From the IMG/VR virus record IMGVR_UViG_3300000928_001655: a DNA stretch of 20,000 nt; one strand, written 5' to 3'. Below, in pieces: positions 18,501-20,000 of this stretch. Each line of letters opens with the position of its first letter. The first letter of the stretch is position 1. The stretch comes from an uncultured virus (IMG/VR IMGVR_UViG_3300000928_001655). Taxonomy: Duplodnaviria; Heunggongvirae; Uroviricota; Caudoviricetes. The position numbers and the translations under genes are program-made. The notes beneath the pieces were generated by a model that was not told the origin of the DNA, did no database searches, and saw nothing but the letters and a program-made list of their open reading frames with translations.

Positions 18501-20000
18501 TCAAGCGAACTCACTTGACTTTGGTTACTATGACAACCAAGAAAACCCACACTATGGTGTTGGTGTCAGTTGGTCACAGTCTTCATTTACTCGTTTCCTA
18601 ATCCGTACAGGTTACTCAGAAGCAAAAGGATCTATGAGATCCCCAATCTTCTATGACACAAGTGACACTGGTTACTATGGTGACTTTGCGTCTACATCAC
18701 GTATGAACGTGAACCGTGTTAACGAAACAGAATACTGGTCAGGTGGTCAAGCGCACTTCTACACAAGTTCTGGTAACCATCGTGGTTACATTGGTGCAAC
18801 TGAAACAAATGATGCGCATTTCATTATCGCCACATCTGGTGGTGAAGATATCTCGTTCCGTGACGGTGGTATGGCTGGTGCATGGAACATGATCATCCGT
18901 GGTGATGGTGATGTCCTTACAAACAGAAACGCATATGCACAACGTTACTATGACAGAAACAACTCAGGTTACTACGCAGATCCTGCATCTACTTCTCGTC
19001 TAAATGTTGTCACTGTTGATCAGATCAACATGGCAGATCGTGGTGACTGGATTACATTCTATGGTGACGATTCAACATATCATGGAATTGCATCTCGTGA
19101 TAATGGTGGTGGTGTTACTGATGATTTGAGATTTAACTCTTATCACGATATTTTCTTTAACCTAGACTCGAACAATAATAACTCTACTGGGTCAACAGGT
19201 TTCTACGTTGGTCAACATGGTGCCGCAACAGGTAATATCTCTGGTTGGGCATTCCAAGCAATGGCAGATGGTAACTCTTATGCGCAATCATCATTCCGTG
19301 CAAACATCTTCTATGACCGCAATAACACAGCTTACTATGGTGACTTTGCAGGGACTTCACGTTTCGCAAACGTAACGATGAACTTCCTATCGTTTGACAA
19401 TGGTTTCGACATTTATGACGATGACGCAAACACATTGTCTATTCGTTCGAATGACAGTGACAACGGTGAGATCATCTTCAGAGACTCGAACAGTACTGCG
19501 TGTGGACGTATTTACTGGGATGATGATAACCACTTCGGTCTAAGAACTGGTATTGAAAACGAGTGGGTTCTTTATTCAGCACGTAACTCATACACCTACA
19601 TTTACTATAATGGTAGATGGGAAGCCCGTGCGGATAACGGTTACTGGAGAGCAGAACGTTCGTCTCGTGCGCCTATTTTCTATGACTTGAACAACACAGG
19701 TTATTACGGTGATTTTGCAGGAACATCTACATTCAATACTGTTAACTTTAACGGTAAAGCGTACTTTAAAGCACGTCAAAATGACTCTGCAGGTTCTCAC
19801 TCATCTTATGACGTTACAGGTACTGACTATCTAAACAACGTTGCCGCAGAATTCTGGTCAGGTAATGATGCACCTGTAACACTGTACTTCCGTTCTGGTG
19901 TTAACGCACCATCTGATTACGGTTACATCACGTTTGATCCAGACTTCAATAACACTGGTGAAAACGCCGCAATGGTTATCGGTGTTGACAACGATGGTAC
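12541..20000 (+). CDS. Giant modular tail fibre / adhesin-like protein, at least 2486 aa, 3' end outside window (not in ORF track)
   Basis: I translated frame 1 by hand from ATG12541 (MANDKKFIVKNGLQTEGDVF...) to base 20000 and found no stop. GGAG lies at 12527-12530. It contains common fibre motifs (DAATLDGLDSLQFVRAD; ITGNLTIFGTTTSINS..IADNILQLN..GIEIVRG..WNE) and repeated linkers. Confidence 0.92.
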   Translation, partial: MANDKKFIVKNGLQTEGDVFIGVDGVDDGVSTLRVDGASKFEATFPSYPTVKIINDSGTTDSPIVEFVGPSGALDVRNISTNDYGIFNNTNGIEFHNGNDGLVFKQADSPRLTIENGNTSFTGLSTTNIEGRRIITTDDQSSQGGSFDAATLDGLDSLQFVRADQDDTMDGSYTITGNLTIFGTTTSINSEVVTIADNILQLNSNVTGAPTENSGIEIVRGTSDNVSMIWNEAADWWTIGDYALETVEIRSPADSDLLFRAATSGSANVNITGGYGTSFIGLKAAKDGSEGWGEVLYNSSTKLKGTSGGVEATENLAVKGDITVGDNNGAASIFFDGQGLNSTIYSNQGEIGFLKQNFNYGAYLNSDEDWVVSGNNEVLGNIISEGDITAKDDIFADGDIQSNNDITAVNGDIVASAGQVTAQTNVTAVTGNVAATVGNVTAGNDVSAGNDVTAANDITATSGDVTAGQDVIATRDITAGRNADITNDLTANNAYITNDLTADDIITQTLNANSAIIGDIFANNITADSDIRSGRFIDNDDDTYYFDGDKTTVANTIGIDTKLFHNGDTDTSVGFEDNTIKLDTGGTTRLTVTNGTSIFTNQLQASGFYDREDTNYFVDPASSSIMNHIYIDDFIYHAQSINDYMGFAQANDWRVTIGSTLKLNVTNAITQSFNNVRAPLYYGSSGTTYFLNPTATGQNTSLALDGRVQIGNVTDTNRTNDGTGTGGITLGAYGSLGATTNPSIQVSGNNGSAALVELNRIDVGNNPFNASNRYIQFGADGSDTQYIGGDSFGNLDFIPATDNTMVRFWNASADNILTINHNNNVVIGGESPTYNDGGDNTALTATPSNAKLHINGSIYLNGANDGIIFGRGTASFLKDEELAFGWGSGWYMDNATLLRVRNNTTVYSTGEYQGSKFVSQADTNYFTDPDGTSVMNRIDLDDYIRHKGDTNTYFGFEANDTFRVWTNGTQRLNIDNNSADFAINVYAPRYYDSNDNGYYGDFASTSIMNRIDIDDFIRHNGDTNTYLGFTAADTFRIFTGGTQRVNVDNDSVDFAVSDYGTTSYRNIYYDRNDTAFYIDGNSESRLNTLRLRRSGAPVNDFNALWIDNGTGATGDIDTPESWVNFQFEDSNANFKPQVRIGATTGYNDGSSSDTQDKEGSGNFIVQTAEGTGGAGAGALATTFYVNYRGDAYAKRSMRSPIFYDQDNDTYFGNFAGESRMATIKLEDGVVLSSPNGDYGSLRIDGQARNGWEGFSIGDRAVFMHDNANRTGIFNDVDNHWFMYADRQSSLRLMYNNVEQARTENGYFLAPNQMRSPIYYDSNNTAYYLDPASTSITNIMRANRYQVDGSTFYIDTASGDYGSIRVEGAKNGWAGYAIRDDYVFMSNGTNEVGIYNDTDNEWMLKGYRNNRLELHYNGGIQASTQNGYFDMLNQARSPIFYDRDNTGFYVDPNSHSRINSISVGNQGAIANNTYAMSLYHNNRYMLGMRNSGANSDYPWLVHDNWNGYDGTNRSSFIIHFNGVADRFHFDSQGNFKAAKSVTAPEINLNGGNGNLNLSPAYGSGMADTKMFDGTPYFDKRVITALAPNENTLTTNTAEFVRATTGPFAGSYVLRTAAYRDFYSDYMPVEPGEELYGEMAVRRVSGSGGVLYYGIERYDQNMTAIAGNAGTTYFVSSAANDTSTSWVTKRGYTTIPSNCHFVRIRVLMNYNTGGALREFAGIILKRSNYHGRLRGDDIIVNGDITANVFYDADNTSYKVDPTGTSVMTRIDADILYDRNNTNYYVNPASTSRLANIDIAPTLSNGNARIRSIMPAGYPALEFSDSAPGNSSGDQHFVWGANDTGQGRMELRWRGGTAFGGNWYSEGTVLASFIGDNSAVEFPQAAGVRSPIYYDYNNTAYYGDFASTSRFNRLRLSASDSYLKVGSNSNPVTTLDTNRPQIEIGNQHAYPHFTLNSWGTNTNHGAVISFRSRKDSSNNRRRWNIGTANYQANSLDFGYYDNQENPHYGVGVSWSQSSFTRFLIRTGYSEAKGSMRSPIFYDTSDTGYYGDFASTSRMNVNRVNETEYWSGGQAHFYTSSGNHRGYIGATETNDAHFIIATSGGEDISFRDGGMAGAWNMIIRGDGDVLTNRNAYAQRYYDRNNSGYYADPASTSRLNVVTVDQINMADRGDWITFYGDDSTYHGIASRDNGGGVTDDLRFNSYHDIFFNLDSNNNNSTGSTGFYVGQHGAATGNISGWAFQAMADGNSYAQSSFRANIFYDRNNTAYYGDFAGTSRFANVTMNFLSFDNGFDIYDDDANTLSIRSNDSDNGEIIFRDSNSTACGRIYWDDDNHFGLRTGIENEWVLYSARNSYTYIYYNGRWEARADNGYWRAERSSRAPIFYDLNNTGYYGDFAGTSTFNTVNFNGKAYFKARQNDSAGSHSSYDVTGTDYLNNVAAEFWSGNDAPVTLYFRSGVNAPSDYGYITFDPDFNNTGENAAMVIGVDNDG
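13660..14130 (+). repeat. Low-complexity 6-7-residue repeat tract (G/N)D(I/V)TA, probable triple beta-helix shaft
   Basis: GDITAK DDIFAD GDIQSN NDITAVN GDIVASA GQVTAQ TNVTAVT GNVAATV GNVTAG NDVSAG NDVTAA NDITATS GDVTAG QDVIAT RDITAG. Confidence 0.8.
14131..19740 (+). repeat. About 16 dispersed copies of a ~24-aa linker R(S/A)PI(F/Y)YDxxNTxYYx(DP/DF)AxTSRxN
   Basis: Approximate starts: 14131, 14353, 14566, 15283, 15493, 15733, 16129, 16477, 16840, 17770, 17845, 18193, 18634, 18931, 19294, 19666. The earliest copies are the most degenerate. Confidence 0.9.
17300..17715 (+). other. Putative carbohydrate-binding (galactose-binding-like jelly-roll) domain within the giant fibre
   Basis: SDYMPVEPGEELYGEMAVRRV..YYGIERYDQN..WVTKRG..IPSNCHFVRIRVLMNY follows the PVxPGxxY..W..PxxxxFVRIR pattern of CBM4/9-like beta-sandwiches. 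Confidence 0.5.

Noticed and set aside
14131..19740. CRISPR-like repeat-spacer array
   Set aside because: The repeats are degenerate at codon third positions, in frame, and separated by irregular, mostly hundreds-of-nt coding segments. No cas genes are present.
6262..19800. Short track ORFs overlapping genes 5 and 6 on both strands
   Set aside because: They are almost all nested in long ORFs with coherent repeats and codon bias, and their translations show no recognisable protein features.
12541..20000. Shufflon or invertible tail-fibre cassette system
   Set aside because: All repeats I saw are direct. I found no reverse-strand silent cassettes, inverted sites or recombinase in the window.

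Overview
This window looks like part of the virion-structural (tail fibre/appendage) region of a large T4-like dsDNA phage, probably aquatic. That assignment is inferred from T4-type late promoter motifs, dense co-oriented genes and the protein repeat families. Six genes lie on the + strand: (1) the 3' end of a large structural protein starting upstream of the window, (2) a 151-aa beta-rich protein, (3) a 1301-aa Gly-X-Gln collagen-like fibre with inserted globular domains, one carrying a complete cupredoxin-type His/Cys/His/Met set, (4) a 112-aa BppU-like adaptor, (5) a 2186-aa mosaic fibre, and (6) a giant fibre ORF (12541 to beyond 20000, at least 2486 aa) missing from the ORF track because it has no stop in the window. 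Gene 6 is built from variable modules separated by about 16 copies of a conserved linker. It sits behind a late promoter and a predicted hairpin that pairs its AUG and loops out the Shine-Dalgarno. I found no RNA genes, CRISPR arrays, mobile elements or recombinases. All family assignments come from reading motifs by eye and no database search was run.
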